A model generated the notes under the pieces. It had not been told where the DNA came from and did no database searches. It worked only from the letters and a program-made list of their open reading frames with translations. The translations under genes were made by a program, and so were the position numbers. Below are positions 51,095 to 64,000 of a stretch of DNA of 64,000 nt, one piece after another. The stretch is from Amphiscolops sp. MND2022 (lineage: Eukaryota): contig OZ076409.1 of the NCBI GenBank assembly GCA_964187785.1, forward strand, positions 62,064,001 to 62,128,000. Reading direction: 5' to 3'. Each line of letters opens with the position of its first letter. Position 1 is the first letter of the stretch.

Positions 51095-51290
51095 CGAAAC
51101 CAATACCCCTTTCAGTTTTTTCGGCATTGTGATACATTTTTTCGGTAAATTTTTTTCCCAAAGTGTCCCCATTCAGTTTTTTTATGTTTTGTGACAAAAT
51201 GGATGTTGAAAAATCCCAAAGGGTCTCCCTTTCAGTTTTTTCGGCATTGTGAGACTATTTTCGGGAAACTTTTATTGACTCCAAAGGGCC
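51095..51290. repeat. Dispersed repeat with CCCCTTTCAGTTTTTTCGGCATTGTGA subunits (related tract at 52860-53240)
   Basis: TTTTCGGCATTGTGA recurs at ~51118, ~51238 and ~53156, with variants at ~52890 and ~53040. Confidence 0.65.
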
Positions 51291-51448
51291 CTTTCGACCT
51301 GTCAGATGCTTCGAGTCAGCAGAAAAATATTAGCATCGTTAAACATTTTCGGTGGTCTGCTCAATTTAGGCACTACGTTTCCACCGCCAGGATTCTCGAA
51401 TTAAGCTTCTAAATTTGTTTAATATAAAATGTGCTTTGTGTTGTATAG

Positions 51449-51900
51449 GTGTTTGTGTGCAGACAGAGACAGTGTTGAGACAGGCTATTGCTGAGAGAAT
51501 TAAGCCTGTTCTCTTCATGAACAAAATGGACCGCGCTCTCCTCGAACTGCAGATGGCTCAAGAGGATCTTTATCAGACTTTCCAGAGGTGTATCGAAAAC
51601 GTGAACGTGATTGTGAACACATACGCTACTGATGAAGAGAACAAAGATTTGGGTAAGATGGACGTCGATCCTTGTGAGGGCACAGTGGGGTTTGGCTCAG
51701 GTTTGCATGGATGGGCATTCACATTGAAACAATTCGGCGACATGATGGGCAAGAGGATGGGCGTCGATAGCAAGAAGCTCATGTCCAGATTGTGGGGCGA
51801 TTGGTGCTTCAGCAAAACTGAAAAGAAGTGGAAGAATCAACAGCCGACCTACGACTACCCCAGAGGTTTCTGTCAATACGTTCTGGACCCTATCTACAAG
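51449..51900 (+). CDS. EEF2: Eukaryotic elongation factor 2, next exon (G4-G5; 3' boundary uncertain)
   Basis: TGTATAG| phase-1 acceptor, then [34 protein letters not shown] and LDPIYK. Similarity ends after VFD (~51909) and no later exons were recognised in the window. Confidence 0.92.
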
Positions 51901-52776
51901 GTTTTTGATCAGCACCTTTTATGTAGGCCATATTATTCTAATTAGTCACTAAACTCAATTTTTAGACGACGCTTTTCGAAGAAAACTGACTATAGCAGTG
52001 GCATTTGTAAAACCGGCGAACTGACAGCTTTCTCTTTTTCTAGCTTATAAGTTTCTATACTCTCCCATATCTTCTTCTTATACTCTCTATATCCGAAATT
52101 TCAACGTTATATTCGAATTATTTTGCGTTTCACTAAAGAGAAGGCAGATGTTCAAAAAGAAGCGCTCCGATGTGTCCCTGCTTGCTATATCCGAAGTAAA
52201 TTGCGTTTTTACTAAGGAGAAAGTGGAGGTTCGAAATTATTGCGCTTTATACGAATTTTGTTCAACCGAAGTGCCCTGTTTTGATCTTTAGCAGACCTCA
52301 GATCAAGGTGACCTCATCGATTATTTTTTTGGTCCTGTGGAATTGATGAGAGTGTTCTCAACCATTGTGGAAAAGACCTACGTTATTTTTCGGCACGATT
52401 CGACTTCGAAGGAATTGTTGTTTGTTCAAAGTGTACCCTCTTCACTTTTTGGTTGGAATGAATGTTTCGGCTGAAAAAAAACGTTTTGCGAACTTAAAGC
52501 TCTGTTTTCGGCACTATGCAAGTTTTTTCCAAAGAATAAAATTTCTCAAAATTTTCAAAAAATGGGTTGCATATTGTTTCCAGTTGTGGAGAAGGTCACT
52601 TGGAGTCTTATGCGTACCCCTTCGGGTATCTTTTGGCACCCGTAAATTCGAAAATTTTTCAACAGTTTCCTTTGCATATTTGTCACACTTGCGATAAGCA
52701 AGTGCTATGGGAAAGTGTGGGTGCTTTTTTCCGCGCGACAACTCTCTCGTTTCAGACCGCAAGTCGCACAGTTCAG

Positions 52777-52848
52777 ACGTTCGTGGTCTAGTGGTAAGAT
52801 GCTTGCTTTTCAACCCAAAAGGTTCGTGTTCGAACCCTTGAGTATGCG
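52777..52848 (+). pseudogene. tRNA(Glu)-like pseudogene or tRNA-derived repeat module
   Basis: Box A TGGTCTAGTGG and box B GTTCGAACC at tRNA spacing, with TTC in the anticodon position; acceptor and T stems pair poorly. Confidence 0.55.
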
Positions 52849-54655
52849 CTAATTTTTTTCAAGCATTCTGAAGCAGAACGTTTCCACTTTTTCAGCACTA
52901 TGGGACTTCCCTTTTCGGCTGTGAGACTTTTTTTTCGAAAATTTTTTCAATGTTCCCTAAGTGTCCCCTTTCTGTTTTTTTTGACAATCTGCAACAGAAC
53001 GAATGTTTAAAAATCTCAAAGGGTCCGTTCCTTCAGATTTTCTGGCACTATGAAACTGTTCAAAATTCCCATTTTTTGTTTTTTTTATTGACCCTTCTGT
53101 TTTTTTGATATTTTGCAACAGAGTAGATGTTACCAAATGGTGCCCCTTTTTACAGTTTTCGGCATTGTGATTTTTGAAGATGAGTATTTTTCGTCTTAAA
53201 AGTAGATTTTCTCAGGCCCAACACGCTATATCCGCATTTTGTTTTTAGGAGTCGGAAAACATTTTTTCGACTACGTATGCAATCGTCTCTTTTTTTGTTT
53301 TTTTTTCTCCCGACGTTTCATGAAAAATTCAAATTTCTCGAACATCCATACGATTTTCATAAAATTTTGCACAGTCATTCTACACCCAAAAGGGCAAAGG
53401 CCCCTGCGTGCACAATGGCATCAAGATTGTATGACTGTGATGTGAGAAACATAGCCAAAATTAGCCGAAAATGGCCAAAAAACAGCCATTTTTCGACTTT
53501 TTTCGATTTTCTCAAAAACTGTCCATGCGATTCGAACGACATTTTCTGCAGTCATTCTACACCATACTGGAATCCTATAGGTGCGAAGGCATCAGAATCG
53601 TAAGGCTGGGATTTGAGAGAAAACGCCAAAATTACACAAAAAATGGCCAAAAATAAGCCCTTTTTCGACTTTATTCGATTTTCTCAAAAACTGTAAACAC
53701 GATTCGTACGAAAGTCTCTACAGTCATTTCCCACCACATTAAAGTCCTATATACGCAAAGGAATCAAAATTGTATTGCTGGGATGCGAGAAACATAGTCA
53801 AAGTTAGCCCAAAAATGGCCAAATAACGGCCATTTTTCGACTTCTTTCGATTTTCTCATGAAATTTACATATGATTCGAACAAAATTTTCTACAGTTAAT
53901 TGACACCATATTAGAGTCCTACATGCGCAATGGCATCAAAATTGTATCACTGGGATGCGAGAAAAATAGCCAAATTTAACCCGAAATTGGCCATAGAACA
54001 GCCAATTTTGACGTTTTAAGATTTTCTCAAAAACTGTCCATACGAGTCGAACGAAACTCTTTAGAGTCATTTCACACCATATTAGAGTCCCATTTGCGCA
54101 GTGGATTCAAAATCGTATAGCTGGGATGCAAGAAACATAGCCAAAGTTAACCCAAAAGTGGCCAAAAACGGCCATGTTTCGACTTTCTTTGATTTCCTCA
54201 AAAACTTTTCATATGATTTGAACGAAATTTTCCACAGTCATTTTACAACATAATGGAATCCTATATGCGTAATGGCATCAAAACCGTATTGCCGGCATGC
54301 GAGAAAAATAGCCAAACATAACCCGAAATTGGCCAAAAAACCGCCAATTTTGACGTTTTACGATTTTCTCAAAAACTGTCCATACGAGTCGAACGAAAGT
54401 CTCTACAGTCATTTCACTCCAAATTAGAGTCCTTTATGCGCAATGGAATCAAAATCGTATGGCTGGGATGCAAGAAACATAGCCCAAATTACTTCAAAAT
54501 TGGCCAAAGAACAGCCATTTTCCGCCTTATGTCGAGTTTCTCAAAAACTTTTCATATGATTCAAAGAAAATTTTCGACAGTCATTTTACACCATAATAAA
54601 AACCTATATGCGCAATGGCATCAAAATGGTATTACGGGGATGTGAGAAACTTAGC

Positions 54656-57600
54656 TGATGGCGCCAGTCAATTGCGATATCAGAAACTCAAACTCGAACG
54701 TTACTGATGAGACTTATAACTCAAAACACTTAGAAAACTCTATCAACATTTTAGTTATAAAAATACGAGTTTCAGCAGAAAGGAGCCTGAGACAAATTGG
54801 GCCAAAGTTGGGTCTTCGGACCAATTCAATTCTCAAATCATTTCTTCACCTCTTTTCGACTTTTCGCAAAAGACATAGGGCGACTAAGTTAGTTACTTTC
54901 AACTTGTGGAGAGTTGGACGTGTTAAGAGACACGGAAGAAGTGCAATTCGGGATCATTGGATCCTACTAAGTCAAGATACAGTCCTTTCAATCTAAGAAG
55001 CAAGCAGGTTTCAGTAACGATCCGCAGTGCCGAGCACCGAAATCAGGGCGGCGTAAACTTTGGTCAACTGAAGGGATCAAGCAGCCGTTACATTTGGTCC
55101 GCCAACCCGGACACCATCAGTTTGAGGCAGGACATCATCACATTGGGCGGACATCAACAGTTGGAGTGGACATCATTCTGGGTGGACACTGCAAGAAGAA
55201 CGCCGTCTTTATCGTGTGTGGATAGCATTCGTGGTGGAAGACACGTGAGCAGTTAGAGTCATCAAACGGGTGACACAACATCTATCTGTTCAAGTGACAC
55301 GAGGCTTGGAAAAAGCTTCCGTGCTGGTTTCATTGGCAAACCAGAGAACTGGCAGGACAAGCCTAATCGTAGGGACCTTCCAAACCCAGAAGTGGCAACA
55401 GGTCATCCTGTTCTCACAGCATTTGAAAAGTATTGCAAGAGTCGTCGCATTGCATTCGAACGGAATAGTGACAAGTAGCTGAAACGACTATTCATGACGA
55501 ACGAGAACTGTGGAGACTGGAACTCTGGGAAAGTGTACACTGGGGCTTTGGCATTGGACTATTGGACAGTTTGGAACGGGATTGGTTGTGTACTCTGGGA
55601 GTTGGGCTTTAGCAGCACTCTGAGGCAGTTGTGCTTCAATTCCAGTTTTGGGACGAATTGTATCCTTGGGAAACGTATTCCTAATTTAAAGCAAAGGTTT
55701 GAACTAAGACGTCGCTGCAAATATATCCACCAAGTAAAGCAAAGGCATTGAGTCAGGGGGACAAGATCCACCGAAACAATCAAGTTCGTCAAAGAAGGCA
55801 AGCGTAATCGACATTTTGGGTTGAATCTTCGAGAATTGGCAATTGATTGTTGGGTTGAGCAGTTGACACTAGTGACAAAGACGCCAAGAAACTAGTGTGT
55901 AGTCAGAAAGCCCTCAGTTAAACAATAAACTGCAATCTGAACAAATGAAATCGAGAAAGAAAGAAATGCTCGAGGTGCAACATCCTCGAATGACAAATGT
56001 ATTTGATCAAAGAAACACAAATCAGAGCCAAGAACTGATGGACCTCAGATCAAGAGATTTGGAAAATGATTCCAACTGGTACGTGTGGCGCTTTTATGTG
56101 GACACTGTGGCCACCCAAGTTGGAAGACTACGGACTCTGATTAAAGACTTGGATGACAAGCTTGACGAGCAGGGCGCTAGTCTTTGCAAACATAAATTGA
56201 ATGATTGGGTATTCAAATATCGCGAAAACAAACAAGCAATGTTGCATAACGTAGATCTTATGTTGGACCTCATAAATAAAGAAAAGCAAAGACAGCTCAG
56301 TCGAAGTGTGACTGAATGGGAAGTATTCTTTGCACAATTAGAAGCCAACTGGGGATATTGGTTCCCTGATGTAAAGACAATGTTGAAGGGTCCAGAAGAC
56401 GAGACATACAAAACGAAATTTCGGCAAATGGCAAGTGGAATCTCTACAAACGCGGCAATGAGATGCCCTTACACAAGGAAGCTCGAGCAAAGTAGCTTCA
56501 ATCCAACGAAACCAAATTGCTCAGTAGAAGCAACTAGTGAAAATGAATCACTGGCACAGTCAAGCAGGGTAACTGATGAAGAACGACGGGTTGATGGAGC
56601 ATCCGACCCCTCTGATGTGACTAAATCAATCAGTGATGTGAAAGCGTTGGGTCAGTCAAAACAACCTCGAAGAGCAACAGAACAACAGTAAGTTCCAAGT
56701 CATCAAACGCAAAACGAATGTTTGTTCTAGAATTGGAAGCAATGAAGAAACAAGACGAAATTGAAGAACAGCCAGCTGCAGCAAGACGCAAAGCTGAAAT
56801 TCGAAGGAAGCAAGATGAAATTGATACTCTCACCGAAAAACTCGAAATTGCTAAACTCGATGAAAACGCGAGAACCAAACAAGCCTCCAACCTAGAGAAG
56901 GAAATAGCACGAAATGAAACTCAACTAAAACTGGCACAATGACAGAAAGTGACAAAGCAATTGGAACAAAGTAAAGGCCCGCAGGTATGTTATCGAACCG
57001 TCAATGCACACTCGACCTCAACAAAGCCTCCTACAGGACATGAACTGCGTGAGCAAAACGTTCGCTCCCGGAAAGACAGACACAAAGTGACGGACAAGGA
57101 GTCACACCAAAGGAACAACAAATAGCCCTGTTTTGGGCGAATTGATTCAAAGAGCATGGTTGGATCACATTGGCGCTCGAACCATAAAAGCGTTGGAAGT
57201 AGCTCGATGATGAGAACTGTGAAGCAAACTCAAACAAAGCGAACTTCGAGCAAAGAAAGCTCAAGGTATCGGAATGGATCGCTGAAAAGAAAAGACGAAC
57301 GTATGGGCAAGCAAGAAGAAATGGATTTGCTCAAAGCTCTTGACTGGACAACAAAAGAGAAATGTACAATGAAAAAATGGAAACCTGAGCAGATGAAGTG
57401 TTCAAACAAATATCCAAACCATGGAAAGTTGCAAGACAAAACTATCAAACGTGAAGCACATGAAGACTCAAATATGACAAATATTGAAAGCGATGCAAAC
57501 AAAGAAACGTTGAAAAATCTCACAGAACAATGGATGTGGAACTGGCCGGAAACCTTCGTTGTAGACGATGGCTGGAAAGACTTCAGTTCAGAAACTCTCC

Positions 57601-60270
57601 TCCTGGATACCACAGAAGTTTTGGAAGAAGAAATCCACTTGGTCATGAGCGAGCACTTGATTGTGCAAACAGAGGAGATCTTGGATTACCCAATGACGGA
57701 AACAAGGAAAGAGCATCGAAGCTTAGCCTTCGCATCCAACAATGAAACTTCGGAAGAATTGAGTGTGCAATTGGAACTGCTGCAAGAGATGGCAGAAGTG
57801 TCCACAGTTCTACAGAAAGTACAACTGGGGAAACTATTCCAAGTGACAATAGTTTATGATAGTACTCTACTCCTTGAAGGAGGAAACAAATGTTTTGAAT
57901 TGAACAAAAGTTGTGGGTTTGTAAATAAGCAAACTATTGGAAAGAAGAAGCCATGCATCGAAAGCTATGCCACGGTGCAGTGAAACATGACAAACCCGTG
58001 GAAGGCAATGCCAGATGTGAAACACGAACCATGAATTCAACCTTTGGAAAGAAGTCTGAAATTGAATGCAAGGTAAGCCTTGTTGAAGAAATTATCTTGA
58101 GTCAAAGAAATGTACGGAACCATTGGACTGGGAATGGAAACTCTGGGATGGACGCAGTGTCACAGGCTAACGACATTGACAAAACACAATTGAGCAAAGG
58201 CCACCGCAAGCGACCGAAGAAAAGAACTTGGAAAATTAAACCTCTCTCAAACATGATTCATGGAATGGCGGAAGGAGCTCAGTTGAACGTGAATGGAACA
58301 CCACAAGATGACACACTTTGGCTACGTGAGTTCAGAAACAACTCATAGTGACAAGAATGCAAATATGTTCCTTGAAAGTACCAACAACAGCAAGATGGAG
58401 CAACGGGTCTTGCAATGGGCCGGCTGCACCGTTCAAGACAATGTGGAATCAGTATGGGCGTTTTGGTAAATTGAAAGTTTCACATGATCTATGGGAGCCT
58501 GTAAGAAACCCAGATGAAAAGAAATTGGAGTTTTGTAGTGATAGAAGCTCCGAGACTTGCTACAAACCGAAACGAGAGCAAAACTCCACCGTATTGCAGT
58601 TATTTGGAGAAAACTCGGTTGTAGCTACGAAAAACGACGTGTCTGTAAGCAAAGAGCAAAATGCAGCGCAGCGACTGAGTTCACAATCCAAATCCCCTCC
58701 TATTGGATGCAAAGAAAGCATTGAACACAAAAGAAAAACTCCAGTCGCCGTAATGTTGGAAATTCTTTTTATCTATTGGTGATGATGAAGGATGATTCAA
58801 TAATCTCTCACGAACGCCTAATTGATTGCTTGAGTATGAAACGATTGGAGAACCAATTCTGTTTGATATACTTCTCCCGCATTCATTCAATTTTGATGAG
58901 GAAATGTGTAGCAGAGCAAATCTTGGGAAACTGGCTAGAGACGTTTTCAACCTACCTGGAAAGCTACTCTTTGGATGTTGAAGTTATTATGGAAGTCGAG
59001 TTAAATGAACTGAAGCATTTCTGTATCATACCTTTCGAAGGTTCAAAAGAAAAACAATCGATTGAACTCATTGAATGTTGGACGTTGATGATGAACTTAG
59101 TGATATTTGGGAAAACTATGACTTCGAATGGGACAACAGTTTTTGGAAATATTTTGTTGTGTTATGTGAACTTGTCGAAAACAACTGTATGGTCAACGGA
59201 CTGGAATAGGGGCTGGCATTTTATAGCAGTAGAGAAAGAACACAGCAAAAAACTTGCAAACATGACTATGAATCTAGAGATCTCTGAATGACAACGACAT
59301 TTGATGACAAACTGAAACGACCAGTAGTGAGACTGCCACCCATGTTCTACGAAAGTGTTTTTCGGGAGAAAAACAGGACCGGCAATGTTGGCGCCAGTCA
59401 ATTGCGAGTTCAGAAGCTCATATTCGAACGTTACTGATGAGACTTATAACTCAAAACACTTAGAAAACTCTATCAAAATTTTAGTCATAAAAATACGAGT
59501 TTCAGCGGAAATGAGGTTGAGACAAATTCGGCCATCCCCCCCGTCTCGATGAACCACTTCATCAATCACCTTGAAACTTGGCACACATATAGTGGTGGTG
59601 CTATCCTAACTTTTGACGTATTACACCCTACCCCATATCTCCCCTGAGTTCCGAGCAATTAACACTCCAAGTGACCTAGATTGGACCCCATGAATTACCC
59701 AAATTTGAAGTATTAATTATTATGTGATTTTCTCATATGACCTTGAAAGAAATGTAACTCTGTTGAAATTAATGATATTTTCCTTGTGTAAACATACTTT
59801 CTAGCCCACCTAACCAACATGCCAAAACCACCACATAGTTTGTTTACTAAGTCAATAACTTCATTTTATGCTTTAAATGTCATTTATTTATACTTCATGT
59901 TTCAGCTCATATTTACCGAATATTTGTAAACGAGATGTATAACATTGTTAGATAGGCTCAAATTGATTGGAAAGCTGTATTAAAGTTGGGTCTTCGGACC
60001 AATTCAATTCTCAATTCAATTCTTCACCTCTTTTCGACTTTTCGCCAAAGACTTAGGGCGACTTAGTTAGTTACTTTCAACTTGTGGAGAGTTGGACGTG
60101 TTAAGAGACAAGGAAGAAGTGCAATTCGGGATCATTGGATCCTACTAAGTCAAGATACAGTCCTTTTAATCTACGAAGCAAGCAGTGTTCGGTAACGATC
60201 CGCAGTGCCGAGCACCGAATTCAGGGCGGCGTAAAGTTTGGTCGACTGAAGGGATCAAGCAGCCGTTACA
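54656..60270 (+). mobile_element. Degenerate or non-autonomous BEL/Pao-like LTR retrotransposon
   Basis: TG...CA LTRs at 54656-55092 and 59386-60270; 5-bp TSD TTAGC/ATAGC; PBS-like TTTGGTCC at 55093; purine tract before the 3' LTR; C-terminal KRPVVRLPP...RTGNV motif typical of BEL pol ends. Confidence 0.85.
55945..56942 (+). pseudogene. gag-like N-terminal region of the BEL/Pao element (coiled-coil; broken at ~56690)
   Basis: 248-aa ORF plus LELEAMKKQDEIEEQ..AARRKAEIRRKQDEI coiled coil at the gag position; no catalytic motifs. Confidence 0.5.
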
Positions 60271-60513
60271 ATAGCCAAAAATGACCCAAAAATGACAAAA
60301 AACTTTTTTGGACATTTGCCGATTTTCTCATAATTGTCCATACGATTCGTACAAACTTTTCTACAGTCATTCTACATCATATTATAGTCCTATATGCGCA
60401 AGAGCATCGGAATTGTATGGCTGGGATGCGAGAAACATAGCCAAGATCAACCCAAAAGTTAGCCAAAAACAGCCATTTTTCAATTTTTTTTCGATTTTTC
60501 TCAAAAATTGTCC

Positions 60514-61301
60514 CTAACAGTGCACAGGCAAGCTATTTTGCTGCTTTTCGAGGAATCCGAGACACGAAAATTGAGAAAAGTTGTGGAATCCAGGACAAAA
60601 TTTCTCTTTGATGTTACGCGTGTCTTGGATTCCACGACAGTGCTTGTCCTGGGTTCCACGCCAATACTGCTGCTATAATGACACTTTTGCCGCTGCTCTC
60701 TGATTGGTCCGCTGATTTTGAGTAATCATTTTTGGAAAGGTAGAAAAATTTAATTTAATTCAATTTTATATCAATGGAACTTGTTTTGATTGACACGAAA
60801 AGTCCCAAAGTACGAAATCATGTCATTAAAAATGGCAGATTGTGATGATCTGGCAGTTTGTTCAGAACTGGTACTAAACTTCGAAAAATACGAATATTTT
60901 GAGTGATTTTGGTGTGTTTGTCTGAATCATTTTGAATTAATATACGAAAAGTAGTGCATGATATTATGTTTGTTCAGTCTTCCACTTGAACTTAATTCAA
61001 AAAGAGATGCCGCGTATCGCGTCAAGCATCAAGTCGTGGAATCCAGGAAATTTATGATTTCTGCAATCTGATTGGTTCATTTTGCAAAACTTACGTTTTT
61101 GTGGGATCCGGGACACCGCTGCATGCCGACAGTGCGTACAGCTAAGCATTTGTTACTGGAATCCACGACGAAATCCGTGGAACCCGGGACTTATGACGTA
61201 ATTTGCCAATTTTGCACGGTTAAAGGTATGGTCATGGAATCCGAGATATTGAAAGCACAAAGTTGCACTTTGAGCAAATAAGGCTTGCCTGTGCACTCTA
61301 A
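60514..61301. mobile_element. ~790-bp non-autonomous TIR element inserted in the satellite
   Basis: TIR core AGTGCACAGGCAAGC / GCTTGCCTGTGCACT; satellite TGTCC duplicated on both sides (60509-60513 and 61302-61306); internal GTGGAATCC motifs in both orientations. Confidence 0.8.
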
Positions 61302-64000
61302 TGTCCACACGGTTCGAACGAAATTCCATACAGTCATTTTACCCCATTTGAGAGTTCTATATGCGCAATTGAATCAAAATTGTATTGTTGGAATGCGAGA
61401 AACATAGCCCAAATTACTTCAAAAATGGCCAAAAAACAGCCATTTTCCGCCCTATTTTCAAGTTTCTCAAAACCTTTTCATATGATTTGAAGAAAATTTT
61501 CGACAGTCATTTTACACCATATTAGAAACCTATATTCGCAATGAAATCAAAATGGTATTACGGGGATGTGAGGAACATAGCCAAATTGACCCAAAAATGA
61601 CTTAAAAAACCATTTTTGGACCCTTTCCGATTTTCTCATAACTGTCCATTCTATTCGTACGAACTTTTCTACAGTCATTCTACACAATATCAGAGTCCTA
61701 TATAAGCAAGAGCATCAGAATTGTATGGCTGGGATGCGAGAAACATAGCCATCATCAACTCAAAAATTGCAAAAAACAGCCAGTTTTCGACCTTTTTTCG
61801 AAATTCTCAAACTGTCCACATTATTCGAACGAAACTCTTTACAGTCATTTCACACCATATTAGAGTCCCATTTGCGCAGTGGATTCAATATCGTATAGCT
61901 GGGCGCGAGAATCATAGCCAAAGTTAACCCAAAAGTGGCCAAAAACAGCCATTTTTCGACAGTTTTTGATTTTCTCAAAAACTTTCCATATGATTTGAAC
62001 GAAATTTTCCACAGTCATTTTACAACAAAATAGAATCCTATATGCGTAATGGCATCAAAACCGTATTGCTGGCATGCGAGAAAAATAGCCAAACTTAACT
62101 CGAAATTGGCCAAATAAACAGCCAATTTTGACGTTTTACGATTTTCTCAAAAACTGTCCATACGAGTCGAACGAAAGTCTCTACAGTCATTTCACTCCAA
62201 ATTAGAGTCCTTTATGCGCAATGGAATCAAAATCGCATGGCTGGGATGCAAGAAACATAGCCCAAATTACTTCAAAAATGGCCAAAAAACAGCCATTTTC
62301 CGCCCTATTTTCGAGTTTCTCAAAAACTTTTCATATGATTCGAAGAAAATTTTCGACAGTCATTTTACACCATAATAGAAACCTATATGCGCAATGGCAT
62401 CAAAATGGTATTACGGGGATGTGAGAAACATAGCCAAAATTGACCCAAAAATGACTAAAAAAACATTTTTGGACATTTTCCGATTTTCTCATAACTGTCC
62501 ATACTATTCGTACAAACTTTTCTACAGTCAATCTACACAATATCAGAGTCCTATATAAGCAAGAGCATCAGAATTGTATGGCTGGGATGCGAGAAACATA
62601 GCCATCATCAACTCAAAAATTGCAAAAAAACAGCCAGTTTTCGACCTTTTTTCGAAATTCTCAAACTGTCCACATTATTCGAACGAAACTCTCTACAGTC
62701 ATTTCACACCATATTAGAGTCCTATTTGCGCAGTGGATTCCAAATCGTATAGCTGGGATGCGAGAAACGTAGTGAAAGGTACCTCAAAAATGGCCTGAAA
62801 ATGGACACTTTTCGACTTCTGTAGATTTTCTCCAAAAACTTTCCATATGATTCGAACAAATATTTCTACAGTCATTTTACACCATAATTGAGTTCTATAT
62901 GCGCAATGGCGTCTAAATCAAATTGCTGGGATGTGAGAGACATAGCCAAAATTGACCCAAAAATGGCCAAAAAACGGCCATTTCGGACTTTTTCCGATTT
63001 TCTCAAAAACTGTCCACACGATTCGTACGAAAGTCTCCACAGTCATTTCACACCAAATTACAGTCTTTTATGAGCAATGGAATCAAAATCGTACGGCTGG
63101 GATGCGAGAAACATAGTCAAAATTACTTTGAAAATTGCTAAAAAACTGCCATTTTTCGATTTTTTTCAAGTTCCTCAAAAACTTATCATATAATTTGAAG
63201 GAAATTTTCGACAGTCATTTTACACCCTAATAGAACCCTATATGCGCAATGGCATCAAAATGGTATTACGGGGATGTGAGAAACATAGCCAAAACTGACC
63301 CAAAAATGACTAAAAAAATATTTTTGGACATTTTCCGATTTTCTCACAACTGTCCATACTATTCGTACGAACTTTACTACAGTCATGCTACACCATATTA
63401 GCGTCCTTTATGTGCAAAAGCATCAGAACTGTTTGGCTGGGATGCGAGGAACATAGCCAACATTAACCCAAAAATGGCCGCAAATCAGCCAGTTTTCGTC
63501 ATTTTTTCTTGAATTTCTCAAAAGTTCCATATGATTCGAACGAAATTTTCTACGGTCTTTTTACACCATATTAGAATCCTATATACGCAATGGCATCGAA
63601 ATTTCATTGCTGGAATGTGAGAAACGTAGCTAAAGTTGAACCAAAAATGACTGAAAAAAAAACATTTTTTGGACTATTTTTGACTTTCTCGAAACTGTCC
63701 ATACGATCCGTACGAGATTTTCTACAGTTATGCCACACCATAATAGAGTCCTATATGTGCAAAAGCATCAAAATAGTAATGCTGGGACGTGAGAGACATA
63801 GCCAAAATTGACCCAAAAATGACTAAGAAAAAGCCATTTTTGGACTGTTTTCGACTTTCCCGAAACTGTCCATACGAATCGTACGAACTTTTCTACAGTC
63901 AATTTAAACCATACTAGCGTTCTATATGCGCAATGGCTTCAAACTCGTATTGCTGAGATGCGAGAAAGTTAGCCAAAATTAACCCAAAATTGGCCAAAAA

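Larger units (their letters stand above)
53315..64000. repeat. ~171-bp satellite array with a ~854-bp pentameric higher-order period, interrupted by two insertions
   Basis: GAGAAACATAGCC-type anchor at 53444, 53615, 53787, 53959, 54130, 54301, 54472 and 54644. Variant GGTATTACGGGGATGTGAG at 61554, 62407 and 63262. Confidence 0.95.

Noticed and set aside
50304..51448. Intronic snoRNA in eEF2
   Set aside because: No convincing box C/D pair with terminal stem or rRNA guide was recognised by eye.
52777..52848. Functional tRNA gene
   Set aside because: The acceptor and T stems do not pair properly; kept only as a pseudogene-like module.
53239..63811. Many 60-110 aa ORFs in the satellite
   Set aside because: They are chance frames of the 171-bp repeat.

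Overview
AT-rich, repeat-dense eukaryotic (most likely invertebrate metazoan) DNA. The main structure is a full-length but decayed Polinton/Maverick (adintovirus-like) endogenous virus at 12284-49803. It has AGTAGT...ACTACT termini, ~180-bp TIRs and a perfect 6-bp CATGGA target-site duplication. It carries remnants of PLA2-like, packaging ATPase, integrase, minor capsid, core, major capsid, adenain protease and pPolB genes. The element appears to sit in the intron following the ATG of an eEF2 gene (candidate ATG exon 11686-11726; next exons 49907-50303 and 51449-~51900), stretching a ~650-bp intron to ~38 kb. It was invaded by a minus-strand Ty3/Gypsy element whose gag appears to start ~190 codons inside the LTR, and a chimeric Gypsy+Polinton unit was then tandemly triplicated. 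A CACTA-type MITE and a 1.7-kb duplication also lie inside it. The left 11 kb is a patchwork of MITEs, foldbacks, minisatellites, a Gypsy gag-protease remnant and a small RING-finger ORF. The right 11 kb is a ~171-bp satellite with a ~854-bp pentameric higher-order period, interrupted by a degenerate BEL/Pao LTR element and a TIR element. All calls come from manual motif recognition and no searches were run.
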